DNA of 63,027 nucleotides, counting the filler, from Octopus bimaculoides (Eukaryota): NCBI RefSeq assembly GCF_001194135.2. It is 6 parts of 5 records of this genome, joined end to end, with 100 filler letters (N's around TTAATTAATTAA, not from the genome) between each part and the next. Parts side by side here need not be neighbours in the genome. Positions count along the whole stretch, not along the records: positions 23,221 to 43,366 come from NC_068995.1; 5 more parts are not named here. One strand, written 5' to 3'. Positions within the stretch are counted from its first letter, which is position 1. Every line of letters starts with the position of its first letter. Positions 23,930 to 37,282 of this stretch are shown one piece after another. A program made the translations under genes and the position numbers. Below the pieces are notes generated by a model that saw only the letters and a list, made by a program, of their open reading frames with translations, did no database searches and was not told the DNA's origin.

Positions 23930-24944
23930 ATTAGCACTTAAACGTTGGTTGTTTCTGTTATAAAGTTGATATTGGAAATATCTGGCAGCCANNNNNNNNN
24001 NNNNNNNNNNNNNNNNNNNNNNNNNNNNNNNNNNNNNNNNNNNNNNNNNNNNNNNNNNNNNNNNNNNNNNNNNNNNNNNNNNNNNNNNNNNNNNNNNNNN
24101 NNNNNNNNNNNNNNNNNNNNNNNNNNNNNNNNNNNNNNNNNNNNNNNNNNNNNNNNNNNNNNNNNNNNNNNNNNNNNNNNNNNNNNNNNNNNNNNNNNNN
24201 NNNNNNNNNNNNNNNNNNNNNNNNNNNNNNNNNNNNNNNNNNNNNNNNNNNNNNNNNNNNNNNNNNNNNNNNNNNNNNNNNNNNNNNNNNNNNNNNNNNN
24301 NNNNNNNNNNNNNNNNNNNNNNNNNNNNNNNNNNNNNNNNNNNNNNNNNNNNNNNNNNNNNNNNNNNNNNNNNNNNNNNNNNNNNNNNNNNNNNNNNNNN
24401 NNNNNNNNNNNNNNNNNNNNNNNNNNNNNNNNNNNNNNNNNNNNNNNNNNNNNNNNNNNNNNNNNNNNNNNNNNNNNNNNNNNNNNNNNNNNNNNNNNNN
24501 NNNNNNNNNNNNNNNNNNNNNNNNNNNNNNNNNNNNNNNNNNNNNNNNNNNNNNNNNNNNNNNNNNNNNNNNNNNNNNNNNNNNNNNNNNNNNNNNNNNN
24601 NNNNNNNNNNNNNNNNNNNNNNNNNNNNNNNNNNNNNNNNNNNNNNNNNNNNNNNNNNNNNNNNNNNNNNNNNNNNNNNNNNNNNNNNNNNNNNNNNNNN
24701 NNNNNNNNNNNNNNNNNNNNNNNNNNNNNNNNNNNNNNNNNNNNNNNNNNNNNNNNNNNNNNNNNNNNNNNNNNNNNNNNNNNNNNNNNNNNNNNNNNNN
24801 NNNNNNNNNNNNNNNNNNNNNNNNNNNNNNNNNNNNNNNNCATGTTCTTTTCCACGTCATGTACCCAGTTATGTATCTATATGTACATGTAGATGAACGT
24901 ATATACATACACGTACATATATATGCATATACTCATATATTGTT

Positions 24945-24974
<30 letters not shown>

Positions 24975-24975
<1 letters not shown>

Positions 24976-25235
24976 GATGGCCGTCCACTCGTGACCGAGG
25001 AAGACCATTGCCGACCTTCAGGAACATTGTGCACTCTAGGACTAACTTATATTTTGCATTTGCGCCTCCGTTGGTGGCTAATGAGCCCTGCTCTTGACAA
25101 GCATACACGACTGCAAACATATATATACTGGAAGGAAGGACTGGTGCCAAACTTTGGCATCAAGTGCTACAAGAATGCTCGCACAGGTCGCCACGGCATG
25201 GTACCAAAGGTACCGTCCACTGCATCTCACATAAG
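24975..25235 (-). mobile_element. 3' end of an RTE-BovB-like LINE
   Basis: The minus frame reads YVCSRVCLSRAGLISHQRR..* (typical RTE C-terminal C/H motif), followed by a short 3' UTR ggtcttcctcggtcacgagtggacggccatc and a (TA)n tail. Confidence 0.75.
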
Positions 25236-26024
25236 NNNNNNNNNNNNNNNNNNNNNNNNNNNNNNNNNNNNNNNNNNNNNNNNNNNNNNNNNNNNNNNNN
25301 NNNNNNNNNNNNNNNNNNNNNNNNNNNNNNNNNNNTATATATATATATATAAATATATATATTTATATACACATGCAAAGTTGTATATACTGTTGATTCT
25401 ATTGTATTAAATATGTATTTCACGCACGCGCCCACACACGGACTCACACACACAGACACACACGGACTCACACACACAGACACACACACACATAGACACA
25501 CACACACCAAACACAGACAGACAGAAACACACACACACGTTGTAATCAAATATATGCAAGGATATACAGTCGATTTTAAGAAGAGATATTAATTGATAAC
25601 TCTCAATTTTGCATATATATTAAATTATATAATTTTATAGAATACTGAGTACTCTTTGACCTTTGCATAATGATATATAAAAAATGTTTTGAGAAGCAAG
25701 TATACATATTTATATATGCATACATACATACACACAGTTACTTACATACACGCACAGATACGTACATACATTAACATACGTAGGAGAGTGAAGCACAAGT
25801 ACTTGTATTATTCTAAGTGTAAAAAGTTAGATGCTCAGATACTTGTATACTAAAGTATAACGCATGTCCATCTCCCAAATACAAGTTATCCATGAGCACA
25901 AACATGCATATATACACACATCTATCTTAAATGAAACTAAAGACCTTTGCCATTTGGTTTGTGACCAACTTAAATTCTCAAAACGAAAAGAACAAAAACT
26001 ACCCATTCCCCCAAATAACTAAGA

Positions 26025-26160
26025 TCCTAAAGAAAACATAAATAGGCCGGATATCGTTGTTTAGGACAGAGAAGAAAAAGTATTTAATCATGGAGGTCAG
26101 GTGCCCTGCTGATGTGAACATCTCTTTGAAAATCAAAGAAAAAGAGGATAATTACGGACA
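26025..26160 (+). mobile_element. Restriction-like endonuclease fragment of an R4/Dong-type LINE
   Basis: NRPDIVV*DREEK, then after a frameshift IMEVRCPADVNISLKIKEKEDNYG (PD..D/E-type RLE motif). Confidence 0.7.
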
Positions 26161-26326
26161 GAATAAGATAGAATAAGTACCAGGCACTAAATAAAAATAA
26201 GTCCTGGGGTCCTGGGGTCTGATGACTGAAACAAGTTAAAAGATAAAAGATGTATATATTATATATATATTTATTATATATACATATATACATACACACA
26301 CATATATACATACATACATACATACA

Positions 26327-26379
<53 letters not shown>

Positions 26380-27718
26380 ATTTATGATATATTTATTATA
26401 TGATATCATATATATATATATATATACACCCCACTATTTACTGATTTATATATATATATACATATATACTTTTATTCTTTTGCTTGTTTCAGTGGCTAGA
26501 CTGCGACACCAGGACTTATTTTTATATAATAAAACTAACAGCCTCTCCCTTCCTCCAAACCCCTCCTTTTTCTCTACCGCCCATTACCGGCCCCTTAGGC
26601 ACCAGTGCCCACCTGGGCCGTCTCAACGCTAGCGCCCACTTTGAGAACCTTTGTATTATGCCAGTCTTAGGACAATGAACATCCGCGCCTCTTCTGGTAA
26701 TGACAATTTTTACTAAAATAGATGTATGTATGTGTGTATGTGTGTATACATCTATATATATATATGCGTGTTTGCATATCTATATTTACACACACACACA
26801 TTACACTCACACATACACAAGCACACATACACAAATATGTATATATAAATGTGTGTACACGCATAAGCATACACACACATATATACACACATATGTAAAT
26901 CTATCAAAATCATTCTTTTACAAGAATTGTGTTGACAGTGTCTTCGAAGTTTCGGTCTGCTGCCATTCATCGGATTGATGTTTCAGTTCGTTTTCTGTTA
27001 ATTTTGGTCTTATGTAGTCTCTGGTAAGTTTATTTTTTCTTGGGTAGGTGAAGCTATGTTAAGTGATAACTAAGCTGTAGGGCAAGTTCTGATGGAAAGA
27101 TATCATAGAAGATTTTTTATTGATTCAAGTTAGAGTTGTGTGACTGTTCACAGTTTCAGTCATGCATGTTAAATTTTGAAATCAGGTGTGTCTGTTTATG
27201 CGTGTAACGTTCATGTTTTTTTGAATCCTAAAAACAAACATACATGTATGCATACACACATATGTGCATATATATATGAATGCATATATTTAAAGAGGGA
27301 AGAAAAGAGAAAGAAGAGAGAGAGAAGCAGAGAAAAAACAGAACCAGACGTAGTTGCATAGTTGAGAAGTTCACTTCTCTAACGTCTGATTTCGCGTTTC
27401 GCATGCGCGCATGCATGTGTGTGTATGTGTCTGTGTCTGTGTGTGTGTGAATGTGTGTATGTATGTGAGTGTGTGCATATATATTCATATATATACACAT
27501 GTATGTATATATGTATATGTATGTATACGCATACATGAACGTATGAATATATACACACAACTTCTACACATGCATAATAGTATATTTAAATATAATTGAA
27601 CATTTTCTGTTTATGCATTTGTTCAAATGAACGAGTTAATTTTCAGAGTATTGTGCATATTTCTTCAAGGCAAGATTTAAAGAAAGCAAGAAGAGGTGAG
27701 CTATGAGAGAGGGAGGGA

Positions 27719-27721
<3 letters not shown>

Positions 27722-27796
<75 letters not shown>

Positions 27797-27840
27797 GGAG
27801 AAAGGGAGAGAGAGAGACGGAGAAAGGGAGAGAGAGAGAG
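27722..27840. repeat. (AG)n microsatellite
   Basis: Visible run. Confidence 0.95.
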
Positions 27841-28269
27841 TTGTGGGAGGTGATGTAACAGTGCATTGAAGGTCTGTCGGCTGTGGTGCAGCTTTGAGTA
27901 GAAAATGTGATTAGACGAGCAGACCGAACGAAATGTGGCTCGAAGGTAAAACATGATTACTTGTAACTTTTTTTTTGAAGAGAGACCAAAATTTACCACT
28001 CCATAATACTCGGTAACTGGCGGAAGATGCTAAATGATGCGGAATCTACCATCTCTGAATACTGTAGAATATTGCTTTTGGCATTCGTTGATGTTGCTGG
28101 ATGATATTGTTGTTGGTGTCGATGTAAGTTGTGCTGGAAGTAGTTTCATGGAATATTTGTGTGTGTGTGTGTTGTGTGTGTGTGTTGTGTGTGTGTGTGT
28201 TGTGTGTGTGTATGTTCATATGTGCGCGCGGGCGCCTGACTATCTCAGCATGTGTGCACATATATACAA

Positions 28270-28313
<44 letters not shown>

Positions 28314-28579
28314 TTGCTTAAAAGAGTTCCAACACTGTCTGTTTTTTATGTTTTATTTATATTCCTGCAGAACTAATGTGGGGTATAGAATATGGAATAT
28401 ACAATATATAATATAATATACAATATACAATATAAAATAAAATAAAATAAAAATGGATGGCACCATGAAAGAAAGTATTGAATGTAGATGAAATATTGAG
28501 TGTTCAATATAAAGGATCAAATATATAAATATATAAATATATGTATATATATATATGTACGCATATATATATATATATT

Positions 28580-28756
28580 TTATCTTTAACTTGTTTTACT
28601 CATTAGACTGCGGTCATGCTGGGGCACCGCCTTGAGGAATTTTTGTCGAACTAATCGAACCTAAAATTTTCTTTTTAAGCCTGGTACTTATTGTATTGGT
28701 CTCTTTGCCGAACACACCAACACCAGTTGTTAAACGGTGGTGGGGAACAAAGACAG

Positions 28757-28820
<64 letters not shown>
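28580..28820 (-). mobile_element. SINE family A, 3' half ending in (CA)n
   Basis: cattagactgcggtcatgctggggcaccgcc...gcctggtacttatt...gccgaac...ggtggggaacaaa. Confidence 0.8.
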
Positions 28821-28821
<1 letters not shown>

Positions 28822-29419
28822 CGAATTATTTTCAAGCATAACAATCATCTACATTTCTCTCATCAGAGGTAATTTAAGAGTTTAAAAAAATTTGTTAGAA
28901 TTAAAAAAAATTTTTTTTAATTTGAATGCTGTATCAAAAGAACATACTGTTCAGGCGAATGATATATAATAAGACCTGAGTTTACATGTTTAAATAGATT
29001 ATAAAACTATTGATAACAGTGTTTTAGGATGAATCCAAATGCACAAAAAGTAAATAGGTTAAAATCATAAACTAATTATTTTTGAAAAAAAATTTAAACG
29101 TTTATAAATGTTTATGTTTACAAAGAATTATGACATCCGAAATCTTATTGAGTAAAATTGTTTTTTATCAGTACGGAGTACATTGACTGATGCTTTTGTG
29201 TATAATTTACAATTTCTAGTGAATTCTTTACTGCGCATTTTTAATTTATTAATGTGGGTAGCCAGTAGGGTTGAATGTTTTGTTTCTTGATTAATAAATG
29301 AATATGTGTGCTCCCTATATCTAGTCTTAAAAACCAGTCGTACTTCCTATGTGTATCTATTTTTATTCATTGAGGGTTGTAAACTCGACTTTATATACAA
29401 CATTTCTCCATAATCTTCT

Positions 29420-30653
29420 CTCTACCAATGGGTCCAATTTAAGTTTTTTTATAAAAACTAGAAAATTTCATTTTATACATTAATTACCGTAAGGATCGAT
29501 TGGACCCTCGAATTAAGTTCAGACAATACTCTTGTTTTTCTAAACAGTATAAAAGCAGTATCAAATACTATTTTTCTTGATATTTATCAGATATAAAATA
29601 GATAAAATTGTATTCAATTTATTTGCTGATTTTAGATAAAACAGGAAGAATTATGAAAATATGGCTGTAAATTTGTGCCGTATTGCACCACTTTCACTCT
29701 GCTAGGTTATAGGGTGATGCAATATTTGTATGTGAGGACGCAATTCTTACAATATATTGCATCATCTTTCAGGAGAGTATAAATATGTGAGAGAGCAATA
29801 TCTGCCTTTAGTCTGCTATCAAGTTTCATATAGTTCAGATGTGCTTTCCAATATACCTAGACGTGAAAACTTGAGTGAAGACCAAACATCGAAAAGGTTA
29901 TTGGAATTAAATGAAAAATGGGAAGAAGATAGTAGTGATTCCTTCTATTGTTCTGAAGATGATGCTGAAAGTGATTGGGTGTTGGACAGTTTTGGTTCCG
30001 TGTCATCAGATGATGAAGATACTCAAAAACAATTATCTGCAAGCCATCCAATTATGAATGAGCAATATATTTCTAGAGACAGACAAAAAGTTTGGCATTC
30101 TAATCCTCTTACTCAAGCAGAAGTAAGAACTTCATCTTGCAATATTGTGAACCATCCCGTTTTGCTAAAAGGTCTTGTGATAGAATTGAAACCTGTTATA
30201 CTATCTTTATGCGCCAAAATCTTCTTGAAGTAATTCGTAAATGGACAAATGTTGAAGGTCAGGTTGTTTACAAAGATAAATAGAAGGAAATTGATCACTC
30301 TGAACTAAAGAAATTTATTGGACTGATTGTTCTTATAGGTGTTTATAAATCAAAACATGAAAATGTCACACAGTTATGGATTCAAGAAGACGGCCGTCCA
30401 ATATTAAACAAAATTATGAGCCGGGGAAGATTTCAACAGATTTTACAATTGTTGCGTTTTGATGCTAGCGCAAGAAGAAAAAAGAGAAGTGATGATAAAT
30501 TGGAGCCCATAAGAGAAGTATTTCAAATGTGGAATCAGAATTTGCAAGATGGATATGTTCCAAGTTCATGCATGACAGTTGATGAACAGTTAGTTTCATT
30601 CAGAGGGCGCTGCCCATTCCGGGTATATATTCCTTCAAAACCAGGGAAATATA
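29420..30653 (+). mobile_element. piggyBac (PGBD4-like) transposon, 3'-truncated and decayed
   Basis: Acidic N-terminus, then ELKKFIGL..IGVYKSK..LW..GRPIL..MSRGRFQQILQLLRFD..DKLEPIREVF..YVPSSCMTVDEQLVSFRGRCPFRVYIPSKPGKY. Only the first catalytic D is present. Subterminal inverted motifs gggtccaat/attggaccc lie at ~29430 and ~29500. Confidence 0.9.
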
Positions 30654-31074
30654 AAACGAGATGGTCACCCCGACAACGGTGTACCCTAAGCCACTGACAA
30701 CAATTACGAGAACGGAACCAAGGGATAAGTCCCACTTTTCCAAGAATTACCAGGTACGTCAGTTAGCAATGAATATTTAAGTTTTATTTACCATTTTTGA
30801 CAGTGTAGCTAAAGAGTAATTTGCCGTAATAATAATGGTAAGGCAGTTGTCATTATTCAGCGTCTGAAGGTGAGGATGAAGGGGTATACATAATCTTCAA
30901 TCTCTTCTAAAAGGTGTACAAATCATGGTTCTCCTATCGTCTGCTTGATTGTAAGCAGCGATGATGAGTGTGGTGTCAGAGATGAAGTAAAAGTATGAGC
31001 AGGGAAAATTAGATCAATGAAAGCGTCTTGTTTATATTGTTTACCAGTCTCTTGTTGCTTAATTATGATCAAAT

Positions 31075-31355
31075 TGAAGGTGGCGAACTGGCAGAATCGT
31101 TAGTATATCGGACAATATATTTATATATATATATACGAAAAAAATTCAAATAAATTATCATTGTCTATAAAAATAATGATTAAGTGGCCAGCAAACATTC
31201 AAATAAGCAAAATATATAATAAAAAGTCAGGGTACGATAAGTACCTGTTTGCTTGAAAGAGGTGTTAAAATCCTTCCAAACCACTCGTCTCTCACTATAT
31301 GTAAACACGCAGGGAGAGTATAGCAAACATATTTCTCCGGAACAGTCCTCCGATT

Positions 31356-31392
<37 letters not shown>

Positions 31393-31429
31393 NNNNNNNN
31401 NNNNNNNNNNNNNNNNNNNNNNNNNNNNN

Positions 31430-31469
<40 letters not shown>

Positions 31470-31580
31470 CTGAGTTCAAATTTTGCCGAGGTCGACTTTG
31501 CTTTTCATCTGTTTGGAGTAAATAAAATAAGTACCAGCTAAGTACTGGAGCCGAAGTAATTGACTATTTCCCTCCCAAAA
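31075..31580 (+). mobile_element. SINE family B split by a ~350-bp insert
   Basis: Head ggtggcgaactggcagaatcgttag at ~31078. The body resumes at 31467 (cgttctgagttcaaattttgccgaggtcgactttgc...aagtaccag). Confidence 0.7.
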
Positions 31581-31584
31581 GTTG

Positions 31585-32890
31585 AAAGCAATTATCGCTT
31601 CACTGAACTGTGAAGAAATATTGATTGTACGGGACAATCTCTCGTCACAATATATCTCTATGAAGTGGATGGCAATATTCATTAGGCTTCGAATTTGTTC
31701 ATCAATGGACCCGAAATCCAAGATCATTATCATATTTCAAGCCATTGCCGAACAACACTGTCAGTTGTTTTCCAGTTGCCAGCATTTACAACGATACACT
31801 GAAAGTAATTTACTTCAGACTCTTCTAGATCAAAATCAAGTTTAATATCATTCATCAAGTTCTTTAAACCATTAACTGAAGCCGTTGTCTTCAAATCCTT
31901 CCCATATCTGCAAAGTTGAGAATATAGGTTGAAGCAGCCCTTCTCGACCTTGTGTCTTCTGAATCTTCATCCTTCAGCATTGCTATTATTTCTTCACAAC
32001 AATTTTCCTTGCACAGTGTCTTTACTAGCCGAATAATACACAATATGTTAGGAGGCAAAAATAAAAGCAAAAAACCCCAAAAAACTCCCAACCAAATAAA
32101 TACAAAACAAACAAACAAACAAACAAAAAATCAAACAAACGAAAACCTCCCCTGAGCTATTTAAATCTATTATTATGACTAAATTCTTTGTATCATGGTG
32201 AGTAGAGGCATTGTCAAGAAGCAACAATGTCTTTACATTTTGAGGAGAAATCTCCAGATCTCCTTGGATGTGACTCACATCTGGGATAAAGCAATTGAAA
32301 AACCAGTCAGAAAATACCTTCGAAATAAACACCACATTATTTGGACAGCTGTGTATTATGGATCACTGAGTCATAATATTTTTTTGAAAGTGCATTGTTT
32401 CTTTGATTTTTCTACAACCATGAGTTCCAGGTGCTGCAAGTTACCAACATTTGTTCATAAGGCAGAAATTTATTCTTTATTTGATTTGCAGCTATGAATA
32501 CTGTGTTCATGTTTATAGGCTAAGGTATTTTCAGAAACGACACGAACACAAGCTGGTTTCATCGGCATCATAAAGATTAAAAAAAAGCTCTAGTAAGTAA
32601 ATTTCTTAAGTTCCTATATGATTAATCATGCAAAGGTTTTTCTTCTTCACAATGCCTTGCCTTTTTCTGATAAATCACAGCAACCTATCACTTGATTTAA
32701 CATTAAGTCCCGTTTATTTTCGAAGAGTGTCATATACAGATTTTAGCCCGGGTCTTCGTGCATTAACACCACTTGATCTCTGTTGAACATACCACTTACA
32801 TAAAACTTTTTCTAAGTTTTTATCTTACCCAACTTTCAGGTTTTCTTCAGCACACACCAGTTTAGTGCTTTCAACATTATATTTAAAGGA
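31585..32890 (-). mobile_element. pogo/Tigger transposase remnant (CENP-B HTH plus DDE_1)
   Basis: LEKVLCKWYVQQRSSG (HTH), YDADETSL, SKVFSDWFFNCFIPDV..LLLLDNASTH, and a C-terminal VVRQWLEI..DEQI. Many stops, with a (CAAA)n insert at ~32050-32150. Confidence 0.8.
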
Positions 32891-32999
32891 AAACTGGTGA
32901 AAGTTATCCTTTAATTTACTTCTATCAGAAACAATTTTTAATGTCGTAGGATTTATAAACACGTGCTATTGGTATCTTGTAATTTATTTATCAGTTCTA

Positions 33000-33299
33000 T
33001 GCATGGCTTAGTAGTTAGAGTGTCGGGCTCGCAATCATGAAGCAGTGAGTTCGATTCCCAGATCGGGCTGTGTGTTGTGTTCTTGAACAAGACACTTTAT
33101 TTCACCTTGTCCCAGTTCACTCATTTGTAGAAATGAGTTGCGACGTCACATCGGTGGCGGGGAGAGGTGAGGCTGATATGCATGGGCGACTGCTGGTCTT
33201 CGACAAACAACCTTGTTCAGACTTGTGCCTCGGAGGGGAACTTTCTAGGTGCAATCTCATGGTCATTCATGACTGAAGAGGGTCTTTACTCTTTACCCT
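33000..33299 (+). mobile_element. tRNA-derived SINE family D, full length
   Basis: Head gcatggcttagtagttagagtgtcgggctcgcaatcatga..gagttcgattccc. Body gttgtgttcttgaacaagacacttt (CORE-like). Tail ctttac(t/c)cttt. Confidence 0.85.
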
Positions 33300-33499
33300 T
33301 ATTAATTCATAGGCTACATTTCAGTTTTTGCGCCTCCTTTTAACTTTATCATTCGATATCATTCTAAAGTGTACGGAATGTAAAATTTTTGGGAAAATAA
33401 AACAATAGGGAAATCGTGAAATACTGTGTACAGCATTACTGCACAATATTTTGGAGCGGAGGGAGACAAGCCAGGAGTTAATTTATTTCACGCAACCTG

Positions 33500-33842
33500 A
33501 AATACGATGATACGGTCCCATTTGCACGTACTCAGAGGTACGCATAGATACATACACGCACACGCACACACAGACACACACATAGGCACATATAGACACG
33601 CACAGGCACAGGTAAGCACATACAGCACATGCAGGTACACTCAGACAGAGGCAGACATACACATGCGCACACACGTACATACACACAGATATAGGTACAC
33701 AGGCTCACATACACACAAGTACCCACAGGCACGTACAGGCACACACAAGAACACACAAATACACTCAGGCATACATTGAGACACACACAGGCACATACAG
33801 CCACACACAAGCACATACACAGAGGCTCATACAGGCATACGC
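33500..33842. repeat. Degenerate CA-rich minisatellite (acaggcacat-like units)
   Basis: Recurring caggcac/caggtac motifs within (CA)n. Confidence 0.75.
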
Positions 33843-33849
33843 AGGAAGG

Positions 33850-34300
33850 GACGAGTTTTTCATTTTCTATTTAAACTTTCTAGAAAGGAAAGTAGAAGCT
33901 CTTACGCTCTCTCTCGGGATGCTTGAAATGACAGTAAAATCTTCAAATTACAATCTACTATGTCTGAAACTAAATGGCACATTGGATAAGTCACACTTGG
34001 ATATCACTAAAATAACAGATGAACACAACTAGAATGTCTTCTTTCATAGGTTTAACCAGTCAGGGCTGCCCTATGGTTAACAACATTATCAAAAACGGCT
34101 CTCTCTTTTCTAATAATGTACAAGTCTCATTTGGTTTGGCGGTTGAGGAAAACCTTTACTTGAAATTGTTCAGCATCCTGTTTGGTTTTCCTCGGTATGT
34201 AAAATTCAGTTTGATGGGAACTATATCAATTTCTATTTGTTTTTGACTATACTTTTCAAAGTGAATATTTCTTTCCTTAAGGAATGTCTATGTTGGGATG
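33850..34300 (-). mobile_element. Possible highly decayed Penelope-like element (thumb/GIY-YIG region)
   Basis: The minus frame gives VPIKLNFTYRGKP and DCNLKILL...ELLL..ESLNRK, loosely similar to PLE LPY.G and NFKIL..E...LN motifs. Many stops, and the GIY motif is not recognisable. Confidence 0.3.
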
Positions 34301-34689
34301 GTGGTGGTCATTACGTTTTTGTTGTCTACGAGTCGAAACATTTTAATGCCATGAGTGGGCCAACTTTACCATCAGCGCAATCATGCTGATGAAATCAGGT
34401 AAAGTTTAATAAATACTTTTTTCTCTAATAATTTATTCATTTAATTTTTATATCGTATAGAAAAAAAAAACAACTTTTAACACAATAGTAAAAGCGTGAT
34501 AAAATGTAATTTTTGGGTGAAAAAATCAATAAACAGGTGATAAATATGGTTTTGCTGTTAATTTTAGCAGCTCCAGCAACCATGAGCAGCTTAATAAATT
34601 CGTAAAACTTTTGTGTCGTATAGAAAAAAAAGGTAAAAGTGTGAAAAAAAAATGATCTAAAAAGAGAAAAAAAACAACCAAAAAACAAA

Positions 34690-34874
34690 TAAGGGGGTTG
34701 GCGGGAGCGGGGACGAAAGATGTAAAAAAAATGCAATTTAAAGAATTTTTTTTCAAGAGTAACAATTTCAGGATTTTAAAATTTTAAATGCGTGATAGAG
34801 TAAAATGACGAAAAATACTAAAACCACCTATAAAATTCCATTTTATTTGTGACAGCTATTCCGAATGTTCCCCG

Positions 34875-34958
<84 letters not shown>

Positions 34959-35255
34959 CACACGCATACATACGTAAATATTCATATATTTAGAAGTTTT
35001 AATGTGTGGGCATGTGTATCTGTCGACGGCTTAAAATCAGCGGATTATATAAACATTGGCGAAACAGCCAAAAAATCGGTGCTTTACGAGCGAGTTCCCT
35101 TGCAGTAAGTTAGAGACTCTCCCCTGTTACTTTCGCTGTCATAAATGCAGCGAAGCGGCGATTGGTCTGTTCAAAAATCGATAACCAATAACAGTATCGT
35201 TCACAGTTTGTGATACAGAAATAAATCTAAAATAAAATAAATAGACGCCAATAAA
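34690..35255. promoter_or_regulatory. Promoter-like island (GC box, four CCAAT boxes, TATA-like element, GTAAGT donor)
   Basis: ggcgggagcgggg at ~34700, ATTGG at 35055 and 35161, CCAAT at 35185 and 35248, tatataaa at 35046, ca|gtaagt at 35105, and visibly more CpG than the flanks. Motifs only, no transcript data. Confidence 0.3.
34879..34955. repeat. (CA)n microsatellite
   Basis: Perfect run. A similar run lies at 35987-36072. Confidence 0.95.
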
Positions 35256-35985
35256 AAGAAAGAAAAAATGTTATCACTGTTTATTTTGTTCCTTTCGTTT
35301 GGCACCATTGGAACATTCGAGACGGATGTTAGTGTTATTGATCGATTCATAGTTGTTGATAATGATTTTGATGTTTGTAGATTCGATAGTCGTGGTGTTT
35401 CGTTGGTGTCGTTGTTAAAGGTAAAAGTGCAATGGGGTGGGGTTGTTACTGGTAGTGAAAATATGGAAAGAAACCATTATAAGAGAATAATCGTTTGCTG
35501 AGGGGAAAAAAATATAATGAAATTATTCGAGAAAAAATTTAAGCTTGGCTCAGACAAAATTGTTCAGCATTCCATTACGATATAGAAAAATCACTCTAAA
35601 ATTGAAGTTGTTGTTGATGGACCTCAGATCAAGACAGTATATACATATAATAAAAGGCGTTCCAGCTGTGCCTATCCTGTTTTTCTGGATACGCAAGGCA
35701 ACAATGGCTCTTATTTCTTTTCTTTAGCTGAGATGGCAGGGTGTGATTGGATGGACTTGACAGCTATTTCTAGGAAGTTGGGCAACCAGGTAGAGACTTC
35801 TAGGTTGTCACGTGTAAAGTTTAAATTAAATTTTAACAAAAGTAGAGTTGGAAGACTACTTTATTAAATAAACAAAATGATTTTAAACATAGATCGGTTC
35901 CTTAAACATTTGTTTAGCAAGATTATTGTGACACGGTAATGGTTCGTGGGATTTTGAAAATATTAGCTTCATTTATTTGGAACTG

Positions 35986-36074
<89 letters not shown>

Positions 36075-36814
36075 TGTATATATATATTGCTTAATGAACA
36101 CAGTGTATATTTTTATAAGCTGCTAATAGTTTCATGCAGTGAAAATGATACAAACAACATTTTATAATACTTCTGGTGCTTCTATACAATCTTCAGGCTG
36201 CGCTGAAATGCCATATGCAAGCTAAAATTCAGCGATAGAATAAGAGAAAATGCGAGAAGGTAGATGTAAAAGGTTGAAGTTTGAAAACACTGGAAAACGA
36301 AAGGAAAATAAAATAAGAAAGAAAAATAAAATAAAAAATAAAAATAAAAAAAACGAGGAGAATTAGAGTTATGTCACCCTTGACCCTAAAGCCATAATGA
36401 GGCTAAACGGATAGGGGTGTAGAGTCTGCGGTACAGCTAAATCACAGATCCTTTTCATATCTGGGAAATCCACTGCACTGCTGAATTCCATATCTGAAAC
36501 TTTCAGTGAATGTAAACATAAGCATAAGTTCCTGCTGCCGAACTGGAAAATACCACACGCTACGAATTGAGCGATTGTATCGCAGGCCCTAGACTTTTTC
36601 ACAACCCCTCTAGTAGTAGAGATAGTATATGCCGCTGGTCAGTGGGTTTGACGATCAAGATATATCGCTAAAAGCATTATGGGTGCGAAACCAGTGGTAA
36701 CTTCCTGACTAGCCATAACCACCGACTATATCAATTATTACTGCACCAAAGGTTTTAGAGTGTGCTTCATTTCGGACTTATGAACAACTGACCGACTACA
36801 TATATATACATAAA

Positions 36815-36846
<32 letters not shown>

Positions 36847-37171
36847 GAGACTATGTATATATATATATGTATATGTGCATACATATACATACATATATAT
36901 ATATGTATGTATATATGTATGTGTGTATATATATATATGCATGTATATATATNNNNNNNNNNNNNNNNNNNNNNNNNNNNNNNNNNNNNNNNNNNNNNNN
37001 NNNNNNNNNNNNNNNNNNNNNNNNNNNNNNNNNNNNNNNNNNNNNNNNNNNNNNNNNNNNNNNNNNNNNNNNNNNNNNNNNNNNNNNNNNNNNNNNNNNN
37101 NNNATATATATATATACATATATATGTATGTATACATATATGTATGTATATATATATATGCACACACACGT

Positions 37172-37282
<111 letters not shown>

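Noticed and set aside
26205-26240. ctgatgactgaaac as an ultra-minimal hammerhead
   Set aside because: It is the deleted 3' tail of SINE family A (normally gcagtcaaatgactgaaacaagt) and has no stems.
26545-26700. GC-rich patch (also 20390-20432)
   Set aside because: Too short to classify, with no TIR pair, ORF or RNA motif that I could support.
33000-33075. tRNA-like sequences (also at the heads of SINE families A-D)
   Set aside because: They continue into SINE bodies and lack a full cloverleaf, so they are not tRNA genes.
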